Positions 40,700 through 52,666 of a stretch of 64,000 nucleotides of DNA are shown piece by piece (within the stretch, counting starts at the first letter, position 1; every line of letters begins with the position of its first letter). The notes beneath the pieces were generated by a model. It worked only from the letters and a program-made list of their open reading frames with translations. It did no database searches and was not told where the DNA came from. The position numbers and the translations under genes are program-made. This stretch comes from Paraspadella gotoi. Lineage: Eukaryota > Animalia > Chaetognatha. The stretch lies in assembly GCA_051294375.1 (NCBI GenBank), contig CM119264.1, forward strand, positions 12,402,263 to 12,466,262, read 5' to 3'.

Positions 40700-42703
40700 T
40701 ATTGCAATTTTTTAATTTACTCAAGGGTACGGAGAGTATTTTTGTGGACGTCGACGATGTTTTTTCCATTTAGGTAATTTGATAATGGCTTCCCATGGAT
40801 GCCATGCCGCTAGTTTCCATAATAATTCCTGTGCGCCAAGTGTTCCGTGAGTATTTTGGTTCAGTAATTATTACGAAGTTGATTGATGTTTATAATCATC
40901 GTTTTGATTTCATGCCATTTATTTCTCTTATGTAGAGTGTTATGTACTCGGCCAGTCCATCTCCGCCAAAACTCGTCCGCCAGTTTCTCTGACTTGACGC
41001 CATGTTGCCTCTATGGTGTCTCCTTCAGACGGTGCATGGAGGTTAATAGTTTAATGCTGCAGGGAAGCAGGTATGGGTAGAAGTTCATTGCGAATAAACT
41101 ATTTGGTCATGTGGATCCTGAGGAAGCATAAGGTAGAATGTCTTTTATTTAAGATCGATGAAATCTCACAACGGATTGTATTGAAAGTGTCCAGGTCGGT
41201 TGCTCCGGCATTGCTGCTGCAATATTGTTTTTTTTTTCGTCGACGTACAAGTCTTTCCCAATCCCTCCCCAATGAGGTGTGTAGGTGGGCCGAATGTCCA
41301 TTCTATCCTCTCAATGTAATTTTGTCATTAATTTTTTATCGTCTTTCAGTTTTCGCATTGTTTTTCTAAGTCGTTTGCAGCACCTGTGAAGTTAGTTGCC
41401 ATTGTCAGATATTATTCTCTCAAGACCAGGAAATGAACTTTTGACACGAAATGAGGCATTAAGAACTGCCTAGTTGACATATCTTTTAATGTCTCAAAGA
41501 CGACTGCTTCTTGTTGGCTAAACAAGTAACAATAGCACGTTTTTCTTCAATTCCTCTGCCTGCCATCTTAACTTGAAAGGGTCCAAGACGTCGAAGCCCA
41601 CTAGTGTTTCAAAAGGAATAGTGGATCAACTCGATATATGGAAGATCTGCATTTTCTGTGGAGTGGGTAGTTTAAATAACCTCTGACATGTGAATGCATT
41701 TTCTCACTATTGTTTCAACTGTTGCGCCTCCAAGCAAATTATATTTCTGTTTTAAAGAATGGAAGGTGCTCCTGTTCCCGCATCATCAGTGCTTGATGTT
41801 CATCTTCAATAATTGAGTTGACGACTTCATCATTTTTTGGAGGATCAGTGGATATTTCATTTCGGTAAGGTAGCTTGTTTGCATTGCTGAGGCGCCCTGC
41901 CTGTTCTCAGGCAACCATTCCTCGTCACAACGGGTTCAACATCGTGATCTTGGAACTACGGGGCTTCTAAGTTCCTTAGTGCATCTGGTGAACTGATCCT
42001 AACTTTCGAGCTCAAATAATTCCCTTTTAAAGTGCCTTTGTTCACAGCTCGTATTAGGATTATTTTGCGTAACGAACCAATTTTTGTATCTAACATGATG
42101 TTTTTTAAATTTGCTTTATTTTTCTTTTTTCAGATATTCCCGATTTCCCTTGACAAATTTTTAGAAAATAGGCACCTCTAAAAAACGTACTTTTTCATCC
42201 ATTCACCTATTTTATTGTGTCATTCTCATGGCCAAGCCTCTCACCGTCATCCTCGGGTACAGCTGGTATTCTCTGTGCATTGATCAGAGCCAGTTCTAAC
42301 AGGTGAGAAGCACTGTCTTTATGACTTCATTTATTTCTGTTCTTTAAGTTTTGTGGCCTTTTTTATCTTTCAGGTCTTTGTGATAGGCCAATTTCTCGGG
42401 CGTTCTCATCCCATTCTGGTCCTTCATAGAAAAATATTTCCATTTCTCCAATCTCTGCTTCAAGTCCTCTATGGTATAATCCGCGGGATTCAATCTCCTG
42501 GAATGGTGTCCACAGTCAGTTATTTGAGTAAGTGAGCGGAATTGCTTTAATCTAAATTTTCAAAAAATGTGCGGAATCGTTTGGTCCAACTCTGTATCCA
42601 TTTCAGAACAGTTGATGAGTCGAGTCAGCATCACAAACTTCGTCGAAATATTTCTCCAGATTCTCATGATGATGGTGTCACGCATCTGCGCAGCAAACGA
42701 GAC
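40700..42703 (-). pseudogene. pol: BEL/Pao pol C-terminal part: RNase H, HHCC zinc finger, DDE integrase core, C-terminal DUF5641-like region (frameshifted)
   Basis: Hand translation across frameshifts: DSSTVLKWIQ (about 42610); H.PG.LNPAD..RGL...GP.W (about 42500-42415); KYPLIL....H....SLKQKY......VRKC..CQR (about 41860-41680); PFE..VGFDV.GPFQVK (about 41600); IVTCLA..AV.FE; IISDNG.NFTGA (about 41400); IEWTFGPP..PHWGG.WERLVR (about 41280); LADEFWRRW..EYI....RNKW and RNTWRTGII (about 40980-40820). Frameshifts may be read errors. Confidence 0.9.
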
Positions 42704-43055
42704 TATAAGACGAATATAGAGCCAGTGTAGAACCAACGGTAAACATGTACAAGTTTCAAACCTAGTAATAAACAAAGAATTAGCATTTCTACTAAAAATA
42801 TCATGGTTTTCATATCTTACAATTGTCGGCTCTCCGTCCATGACCATAACTTAGATAAAGTCAAAGAAATACTAAAGAAATATTAAATATTAAAGCACTA
42901 AATTTTCTTTGCTCCAGCGTCGTCTTTGGCAGTCAAACTCTCAAAGTCAAATCTAGAGCCTCGTTTCTATTTGGAAAGCGAGTCTCTTAATTTTAAGAGT
43001 TTGCCATGCCTTGTGTCGTGGCGGAGGCGTCATAACGTGGCGAATATATATAATA
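42704..43055 (-). repeat. 5' LTR, truncated by about 73 bp at its inner end
   Basis: Homology to the 3' LTR stops at TATAAGAC and is fused directly to RNase H coding sequence; no PBS. Confidence 0.85.
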
Positions 43056-43105
43056 GCTAACAGAGGCAAAATAAAGGGAAAAAATAGGGTGAAGAGAGAG
43101 ACGTG

Positions 43106-43178
<73 letters not shown>

Positions 43179-45620
43179 AGAGAGAGGAGAAAGAGATAGA
43201 AACCATCCCATTAGAAACAAGATAAAAAAACATGATGTGGCGACATCTCGACTCCCATTTTATCCCACCCTACTCTCCCTCCCCGATTGCGCTTCACTAT
43301 CGTCCCACGCAAGGGAGCCAAACGCCGATACGAGGCGGAATGGTCGTAGTCTTCTTCATCGTTGTCGTCGCGTCGTCGTCCGGCGTTGCTGCCAGTGTGT
43401 TTTGCAGTCGTTTATCCGCTGACGAAAAAGACAGATGCCGAGGCTTCCAGACGACAGTTCCGGTCGCAAACCCCCTCCGCTCCCCGACGTCTCACGAAGA
43501 AGGATGGGCGAGGAATCCTTTGCGGTCAAAGGATTTTTTCTCCTATATGCTATACTTATTGCAGTCAGTGATAACTAGAAATTACAAATCACAATCACAA
43601 ATCACTTCGTAAAAACTCTTTGTCTAATCTTTATTATAACTCAAGGATTAACTAATAACTATTTTCACCAAACCAAAACACAATGATATGATACGTCTTC
43701 GAAAAAAAATTAAAACCTTGATTGTTGTCTCTGACTAATGTTTTAAATAAATGTTTTCGTAAATTAATTAAATGCGTCGTAACAGTTTTATTGTTTTCAG
43801 TTGATTAAACGCTAAACCAAAAACTCCCTTCTGTTTTCTCTTTTCGCTTTCTCTCTTTATCCCCGGTAACGCTTACCTCATTTCTTTTTGTTACCTACTT
43901 TTCCTTCTTTTTTCCTGCCATCTTCCTTTTTTTATTTTCCTGTTACGTCATAAAAGGAAGGCAGTTGAGAGAGAGAGCGGAAAAAAGAGAACTCTATAGA
44001 ATTTGTTAAATATGATAAAAAAGGAAGAGAGAGAAGAAAGCATGTTTTCTTTAAAAAAAAAACAAAAAAAAAAAAAACTGGGTTCTAAGTACCTAATTCA
44101 GAAAGTGAAAGAGGGCGAGAGTAAAGAGATGGCATGAGATTTAATATGAAAACTATGAAATTGTCTATTTTGGAATCTAAGTAAAAAATACTTATTAAAT
44201 TCTTTTTTTTTTCAGTTTTGTTTTTATTGGAATCAGGGAAACACACTCTGCTTAGCTAACATTTATTCGATGTTTTTCCAATGTTTTTACTTGTTCGATT
44301 TTTTTTGTCTACATTTTAATTTTATATAATAAAAATAAAACAGGGAAATTTAATCTAAAATTTATATCGGGCGTCTTTTCCTCGAAAGCAAGCGATTTCA
44401 TACGAAAACCAAAGTGGATTTTAGTTTCCGCAGCTCTCCTCTCTCTCTATTGATTGGCGTCGGTTAATTGATTTGAATAAATTAGCACAAATCAAAAATA
44501 CGGATTTAACGAAACTTCGAAATAACGCCGATTCTGTAAACTAAAGATTTTCTCTCCTCGTTTCCCGTCGTGGCATTTTTATTTTCAACTGTTTTGACGA
44601 CGACAGAAAGAACTGTTTAATACAGCATGAAAAAATAAAACATGCGATATGATTCTGTACATATTAATGTGGTTCCAGATTTTTTTTGTCCTTGCAAGTT
44701 TTTTACAAAATTTAACATTCCGATATATTTATTCTTTGTTTTTTCCTGCTACTTCTTTTCAAAGCCCAAAAAAATATTGTTTGGCAATTTGGAAGGAATT
44801 TCTTCGCCAAGGTACGGAATTTTGGCCGCGACAACAAGGTCAGCCTGGAGAGAAGGGGAATAAGTAAGTGGTGGTCTGCTCGCGTGGTTTATTGAACTCG
44901 AGTAGCATCGAACGGAAAGAATATTTTTTTGGAATACTTTCGATATAGTAACAAGGGGAAAAATAGAATGTAATCCGACGTTGTTAATGTCGTCTCGAAG
45001 GTCTGATCAAATTTGATCATGATGGCAGATTGCAAAAAAAAGCCGCAAAAAAGTATGTTATGAACAGATTTCATTCTTTAAAAAATGTAGATAGAAATTA
45101 GAAAGATTGAAAGAACCTTTAAAGGAGGAAAAATAAAATATCCAGAGAATCGCTACAACTTGAGAACTCGATAGAAAAAGATAGGATGGTCTTCCATATG
45201 AACAACAGCGCCAAAGGGTCGGATTCGTGCGCAAAGAAATGCGCGCGTTTGGCGTCCGCAATGAAACGCCCTTTCTGACGTTGACAAATTCGTTGCCGAA
45301 TTTGGGCGCGTCAACAGACGCAGACCGAATCGCGCGAAACCTCCAAGAATTCTCCGACCCGCGTCTGTAAGCAGACTCGACGTTTTGGTAAACATATTTG
45401 TCTCCCAGATGGACTCGTGGGCTCGCGCGCTTTAATTCCGTTGCAATGGATGGTTTTTAGATCTTTGGGGGGTTTATTTTTTGAGTTCATTGGGCGGAAT
45501 CTAAGTCTTACTTGGTAATCTTTTGCTTTTAGTTTGTACAATAGGATAGGAAGGATAAGAAAGTGAACGATTGTATTATTTAATTTCCAATAGAATCTGA
45601 ATAATTATCATAAATAATCC

Positions 45621-45821
45621 ATTGTATTTTGACTTTCTTTTTGCTATTAAAATAGTTTAGAGATGAAAGAAAAATTCGTTGTAATAGCAATTTTTATTTT
45701 TATTATTGTACATGTTTCGACTCTTAGTGTTACGAGTCTCATCAGCAAAGAGTCGAAACATGTACCAATAATAAAAATAAAAATTGCTATTACAACGAAT
45801 TTTTCGTTTCATCTCTAAACT
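45621..45821 (-). mobile_element. Short palindromic Penelope-like insertion with 11-bp TSD
   Basis: Absent from the duplicate copy (empty site about 50870). TSD ATAAATAATCC at 45610-45620 and 45822-45832; about 73-bp inverted arms 45652-45724 / 45749-45823; contains a hammerhead core. Confidence 0.8.
45706..45748 (-). ncRNA. Minimal type I hammerhead ribozyme
   Basis: Minus strand: UUG CUGAUGA GACUC guaacacuaa GAGUC GAAA CAUG UA^CAA. Intact core, 5-bp stem II, palindromic ACAUGU stem III, GUA cleavage triplet, 3-bp stem I. Confidence 0.8.
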
Positions 45822-47135
45822 ATAAATAATCCGAAAATCTGCCTAATCAGATGGAAACAGTATGACAGAATGTTGAAAAAAAAACGTTGAGAAAGAATGG
45901 AGAGGACGACTACAAAAAAATAAGGGTNNNNNNNNNNNNNNNNNNNNNNNNNACCTATTTTTCTTTTTCCTTTTTCATCCGCTTTTCCTCCCCGCTCTCT
46001 TCTGCCCCTGACCTTCGAGCCTTTTCTACTTTTCTCTCTCTTGTCATTTCTCTTTCCTTCCTCCCGCTCTTTTCTTATCTTCTTCGTCCGCCATGTTGCT
46101 TCTTTCTTGTTACTCTACTTTTCTCCATCTCCAGTCTTATCCATCCCTCTCCCTCTTTCCTCCACACACCCCCTCCCCCTTGCCCAGCCACCGACATTCT
46201 CGTCTTCTGTTGTTTGACTGCGAAATCACTAAATCGCGCTTCGAACCATTTCTGTGATGATTCCGCGGGGAGAAGAGTTGGCCTACCGTTTTTTTTTTTG
46301 TTTTTTTTGTTTTTTACAGTTTTTACTTTTGGATTGTGTCACAATTTAAAAAGCCGATAAAGACTTACTTAGCCTGTTATTTTGTTTTCACAGATGACAT
46401 TTATTAAGAAGTAAAAGAACATTATACGTATTTCATTGAAATATTGAGCGGGTCGATAATTTAATTTTTTAAAACATTTTTCGATGGTCCTTGTAGAAGT
46501 ATGAATTAGTACAGCACTAAAAAAAACGTTCGTTTCCCAATTCGACGATAGACAGAAAGATCATGGAAAAAAGAGCGAACCCCCCCCGAAAGAACCTTTC
46601 TCAGTAACGCACGTTACTTTTATACTCTGTTACGGATTTTCTTCGTTACTTCGTTACTCCGTCCATAAAACAGAATAAAAAGGGATGAAATGTGTCTTTT
46701 CTTTCGCTTATGAGATTCCATCCTTCGAAAAGGGTGACCTCGCGATCCCAGGATTCATACCCATAAAAATGGCCCCGCTGGCGCAGCGAGTCTCCTCCCA
46801 CCCATTAGTTTTTTTCTTTGAAATCCACCCCAATTCCGCAACCGCTCGTTTGGCGTCGATCTACCCAGGCCAACGTTACCACCGATATCTCCGCCGACCG
46901 CCGACCACCGACCACTTTTCTTAGTTTTTTGAGAGAATGGGCAGAAAGGGGGGGGGGTGGGGGCAACCGGTGTTTTTATGGACGTGGATCTTTTTACCCT
47001 TTAAAAAGGAACAATAAGTAATTATTATTATTATTGTAATGAATTATCGTATGTCTTATGGAATCGAAACGATTGGATCATATTACTTTTGGTTACTGCT
47101 ACAGAGGCAAAATAAAGGGAAAAAATAGGGTGAGA

Positions 47136-47239
<104 letters not shown>

Positions 47240-49467
47240 TAGAAACCATCCCATTAGAAACAAGATAAAAAAACATGATGTGGCGACATCTCGACTCCCA
47301 TTTTTATCCCACCCTACTCTCCCTCCCCGATTGCGCTTCACTATCGTCCCCACGCAAAGGGAGCCAAACGCCGATACGAGGCGGAATCGTCGTCGTCTTC
47401 TTCATCGTTGTCGTCGGCGTCGTCGTCGGCGTTGCTGCCAGTTGTTTTTGCCCGTCGTTTATCCGCTGACGAAAAAGACAGATGCCGAGGCTTCCAGACG
47501 ACAGTCCGGTCGCAAACCCCCCTCCGCTCCCCGACGTCTCACGAAGAAGGATGGGCGAGGAATCCTTTGCGGTCAAAGGATTTTTTCTCCTATATGCTAT
47601 ACTTATTGCAGTCAGTGATAACTAGAAATTACAAATCACAAATCACAAATCACTTCGTAAAACTCTTTGTCTAATCTTTATTATAACTCAAGGATTAACT
47701 AATAACTATTCACCAACAAACACAATGATAAAGATACGTCTTTCGGAAAAAAAATTAAAACCTTGATTGTTGTCTCTGACTAATGTTTTAAATAAATGTT
47801 TTCGTAAATTAATTAAATGCGTCGTAAACAGTTTTATTGTTTTCAGTTGATTTAAACGCTAAACCAAAACTCCCTTTCTGTTTCTCTCTTTCGCTTTCTC
47901 TCTTTATCCCCGGTAACGCTTACCTCATTTTCTTTTTGTTACCTACTTTTCCTTTTTTTTCCTCGCATCTTCCTTTTTTTATTTTTCTGTTACGTCATAA
48001 AAAGAAGGCAGTTGAGAGAGAGAGCGGAAAAAAGAGAACTCTAAGAATTTGTTAAATATGATAAAAAATGAAGAGAGAGAAGAAAGCAATGTTTTCTTTA
48101 AAAAAAAAACAAAAAAAAACTGGGTTCTAAGTACCTAATTCAGAAAGTGAAAGAGGGCGAGAGTAAGAGATGGCATGAGACTTATATGAAAACTTATGAA
48201 ATTGTCTATTTCTGGACATTCTAAGTAAATACTTATTAATTTCTTTTTTTTTCAGTTTTGTTTTTATTTGGAATCAGGGAAACACAACCTCATGCTTAGC
48301 TACATGTTATTCGATGTTTTTTCCATGTTTTTACTTGTTCGATTTTTTTTGTCTACATTTTAATTTTATATAAATAAAAATAAAACAGGGAAATTTAATC
48401 TAAATTTATATCGGGCGTCTTTTCCTCGAAAGCACGCGACTTCAATACGAACCAAAGTGGATTTTAGTTTTCGCAGCTCTCTCTCTCTCTCTCTATTTGA
48501 TTGGCGTCGGCCTAATTGATTTGGAATAAATTAGCACAATCAAATACGGATTTAACGAACTTCGAAATAACGCCGATTCTGTAAACCAAAGAATTTTCCT
48601 CCTCGTTTTCCCGTCAGTGGCATTTTTTCATTTTTCAACTGTTTTGACGACGACAGAAAGAACTGTTTTAATACAGCATGAAAAAAATAAAACAATGCGA
48701 GACTTGATTCTGTACATATGTGGTTCAGATTTTTCTTGTCCTTCAAGTTTTTTTACAAATTTAACATTCCGATATATTTATTCTTTTTTTCCTGCTACTT
48801 TCTTTTCACGCCAAAAAAATAATGTTGGCAATTTGGAAGGAATTTCTTCGGCCAAGGTTACGGAATTTTGCGCGAAACAAGGTCAGGCCTGGAGAGAAGG
48901 GGAATAAGTAAGTGGTGGTTCTGCTCGCGTGGGTTATTGAACTCGAGTAGAGTTCCGATAACCGTTAACAGTTAACGGTTATTAACGGTTAAAATAATTT
49001 TAACTTAACCGTTAATATATTTATTTTAACGGTTAAATTCGGTTAATTTTCAAGTATGATTTTTGTTATGAAAACTTAATTTTTTAAGAAAAAATTTTTT
49101 TTTCCTTATTCTCCTCTCCCTTTCTCACTATATTTTTCCCCCTCTCTCTGTTCTACATTTTCCCCTTTTTTTCTTTGTTATTTTCAACCCTTTAATCTTT
49201 TTCTATCCTAATCTATTATCATTTTTTCTGCCCTTCCGGTATTTTTTTTACTTTCTCTCAATTGTTTTCGTTTTCCTTTCAGCTAATTTTATACACTTAC
49301 ATCAAAGAATATTTTGAAATATAATATGCATCTGCATATATTTTTTTGCAAATCAAATTTTTACATGCAATAATATTCTATTTTTATTTTACTTTTTTAG
49401 CTTTTTTTTCAATTTTTCGATCATTCAATCATTCAATTAATAAATTGATATTAATAATTAAGAGAAA

Positions 49468-49636
49468 ACAAAGTTTATTTGTTTATTTTATTTTAATTAC
49501 AAACAACAGGTTTTTATTCCAAAAAACGGACATGTTTCGACTCTAGTTTTTCCGAGTCTACATCAGCGCGTGAGAGTCGAAACATGTCCTTTTTTTTAAA
49601 ATAAAAACCTGTTGTTTGTAAACAAATAAACTTTGC
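49468..49636. mobile_element. Second palindromic Penelope-like remnant nested in the hAT element
   Basis: Inverted arms CAAAGTTTATTTGTTTA..TACAAACAACAGGTTTTTATT..GGACATGTTTCGACTCT / AGAGTCGAAACATGTCC..AATAAAAACCTGTTGTTTGTAAACAAATAAACTTTG, with the same core as 45709-45762. Confidence 0.75.
49526..49569 (-). ncRNA. Minimal type I hammerhead ribozyme (one extra U in core)
   Basis: Minus strand: GCG CUGAUG(U)A GACUC ggaaaaacua GAGUC GAAA CAUG UC^CGU. The single inserted base may be a read error or an inactivating mutation. Confidence 0.65.
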
Positions 49637-51131
49637 TTCACTTAACTATAAACGCAATGAAAAGAAAGTCTTAACACAATATTCCTAATTATATTTATAT
49701 TTATGGTCATGGTTTATGAAAGACTAACAACAGAAAACATGCTTTCAAGAAACTAACAACTATAAAAATAATGAGGAGAGAAATAGATAAAGAAAAAGCG
49801 AAAACGAAAGAAAGAAAGAAAAGAGAGAAAGAGAAAACAAAATATACAGAATTAAAATTACATTGTGCTTTTTTCTTTCATTGTCTTTTTTCATATTTTT
49901 ATCATGCTATGAGGCAAAAGAAAAATTTATTATAATGCTGTTTTTTCAAACCAATTTTCTCATTTATCAACTATAATGTGTACCTCATCTATCTGAAATA
50001 AAAGATAAAGACGATTCAGTAGCCGGAGTTAGGGAGAAAATACCATTAAATACTTTAGTTAGTTTCAAATATTAATATTTTAAATTAAAATTAAATTATA
50101 AAATTAACCGATCTTAACGGTTAACCGTTAAAAACGTTAGTTTTAACGGTTAAGCGAAGTTCCTCAAAAATTAACGGTTAACGGAACCCTAAACTCGAGT
50201 AGCATCGAACGAAACGGATTTTTTTTGAATACTTTCGATATAGTACAGGGAAAAAATAGAATGTAATCGACGTTGTTAATGTCGTCTCGAAGGTATGATC
50301 AAATTGATCATGATGGCAGATTGCAAAAAGCCGCAAAAAAGTATGTTATGAATAGATTTCATCTTTAAAAAATGTTAGATAGAAAGATTGAAAGAACCTT
50401 TGAAAGGGAGGAAAAATAAAAATATCCAGAGAATCGCTACAACTTGAGAACTCGATAGAAAGATAGGATGGTCTTCCCAGTGAACAACAGCGCCAAGGGT
50501 CGGATTCGTGCGCAAAGAAATGCGCGCGTTGGCGTCCGGCAATGAAACGCCCTTTCTGACGTTGACAAATTCGTTTGCCGACATTTTGGGCGCGTCCCAG
50601 ACGCAGACCGAATCGCGCGAAAACCTCCAGAATTCTCCGACCCGCGTCTGTAAGCAGACTCGACGTTTTGGTAAACATATTTGTCTCCCGGATGGACTCG
50701 TGGGCTCGCGCGCTTTAATTCCGTTGCAATGGATGGTGTTTCGATTCTTTGGGGGTTTATTTTTTAGTTGCATTGAGCGAATCTAAGGTCTTGGTATTAC
50801 TTGGATAAGAAAGGATAAGAAAGTCAACGATTGTATAAATTAATTTTCCAATAAATCTGAATAATCATCATAAATAATCCGAAAATCTGCTAAATCAGAT
50901 GGAAACAGTATGAAAGAATGTTGAAAAAAAAACGTGTGAGATAGGATGGAGAGGACGACTACAAAAAAATAAGAGTAAAACTGAGAGAGAGCGAGAAATT
51001 TGAAGAGAGAAAGATAGAGTAAGAGGCATGAAACCTCGGAAGGCAGAGGGCGCCTTCGACGGTTTTTCTTACTTATCTCTGGCATTAATCTGCTTACGCA
51101 ACCAGTTTCGAAGTAACGCCTCACTTTTGCG

Positions 51132-51211
<80 letters not shown>

Positions 51212-51943
51212 TCTTCCCATTGAATGGGGGAAGATTCTTATAAAAATCTCATACTCCCTCATACTGACTGACTCTCTGCATCCTCAGTCTCTTCTTCTCT
51301 CCCTCTCCGCTTTCTCCCTTTCCTCTCTCTCCTTTCTCCCTTTCCTCTCTCTCCTTTCTCCCTCTCCTCTCTCTCCTTTCTCACTCTCCTTCCTCCAATC
51401 CCCCTTTTCTCCTCCACTATAAAAAAAGGAAAGATAAGAGAGATCCGTAGGGAGAAGCCCAAAGCCCCTTTCCCTGCCAAGGGACTTGTATATAGGAGAA
51501 TTTGAAAGGGAGAGTCTCGATTTTAAAAATAAATAAAAAAAAAGAAGAGCCTGGGAGAATGAAAACAAAATATCAGCGAAAGGAGAAAAACCGGGGGGGC
51601 GGGGGAATATAAGTTGACGTTGAGGGCCGCGACAAGGACACGAGAAACTAAAAATAGATTTACACAAGTATTTCGATCTTTCGTGGAAAATATTACTTTA
51701 AAAAAAATAATAATCTTGGTTAAATCTTCGCTCCAACTTTTATTTATGAAACCATAAAAAATGTATTTTCAGCGAACGAAAACCCATTTAAAATAAAAGG
51801 ATATGAAATGGAAAGAAAAATCACGGAGAAAAGCGAATTAAAAACGTATTAAAAATCCAAGAATGGTGAACTCATGTGGAGAGCGTCAACCGTTTTGAAG
51901 ACTTAAAGGATTAAAACAGAAGGAAGAAAGGAACTTTTTTGAG

Positions 51944-52059
<116 letters not shown>

Positions 52060-52584
52060 GAGAGATAGTGTAAGTATTTGAAATCGGCTTTGTTGAAGCG
52101 ATAACTAAATTTAAAATCAAAGTCGATCAATCGACACAACAGAAAAACAAAGAGAGCAATTTGAAATTATATTCTAAGAATCAGAATTCAATCTTTGAAA
52201 TTCCTTGAAGGATTTATTTTCTCCACAAAATAGCGTGAAAGTTAACTTTGTTGTCAAATTTGTTAGTCAAATTTAAGGCTTCACTAAATAGAATTGAAAA
52301 TTCCCATCTTTTAAGATCTTTCTCGTCTAAAATCATGGAGGCCATGTTTTTTTTCGGCTTTTTTAAATTTTTCGCGAAGAGAATCAAGCGAACGATTTGG
52401 GTAAGTAACGATTCGAGGTCACAGAATTTGATTTTGGGTCAGGAAAAACCACCCCGCTTCTCTCGCGTACTTTGAGGCTTTCGGGTAAGTGGCGAATCAG
52501 GGAAAAGGGGAAAAAACTGAGGAATAAGTGAAAAAAAAAATTTGGGAAGAGGTCGAAAAATGGCGGGGAAGATTGAAATGAAAG

Positions 52585-52666
<82 letters not shown>

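Larger units (their letters stand above)
38055..43055 (-). mobile_element. BEL/Pao LTR retrotransposon, internally deleted (gag, protease and RT missing)
   Basis: Direct repeats 38055-38479 and about 42704-43055; plus-strand left end TGTTA, right ends degenerate (TAATA/TAAA for TAACA); PPT GGGGAGAG (minus) at 38487-38480; TSD GTTAC (38050-38054) / GCTAAC (43056-43061) vs a single GCTAC at the empty site (about 47098-47102); BEL-type pol motifs inside. Confidence 0.9.
36914..45927 (+). repeat. Copy A of direct duplication (probable haplotype A) carrying the BEL and hammerhead insertions
   Basis: Colinear with 45953-50976 from ACCTATTTTTCTTTTTCC to ACAAAAAAATAAG once insertions are removed; ends at a 25-N gap. 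Confidence 0.9.
48948..50191. mobile_element. Non-autonomous hAT-like DNA transposon (1244 bp)
   Basis: 8-bp TSD AACTCGAG (48940-48947, 50192-50199; single copy at the empty site about 44895). Imperfect TIRs TAGAGTTCCGATAACCGTTAA / TTAACGGTTAACGGAACCCTA; clustered subterminal TTAACGG/AACCG motifs at both ends; no transposase ORF. Confidence 0.9.

Noticed and set aside
40745-40812. Plus-strand DVDDVFSI and NGFPW resembling Penelope RT motifs
   Set aside because: Motifs are in the wrong order, and the minus strand here encodes the BEL integrase C-terminus.
42560-42847. 95-aa minus ORF as a standalone gene
   Set aside because: Chimeric read-through from LTR into frameshifted RNase H sequence.
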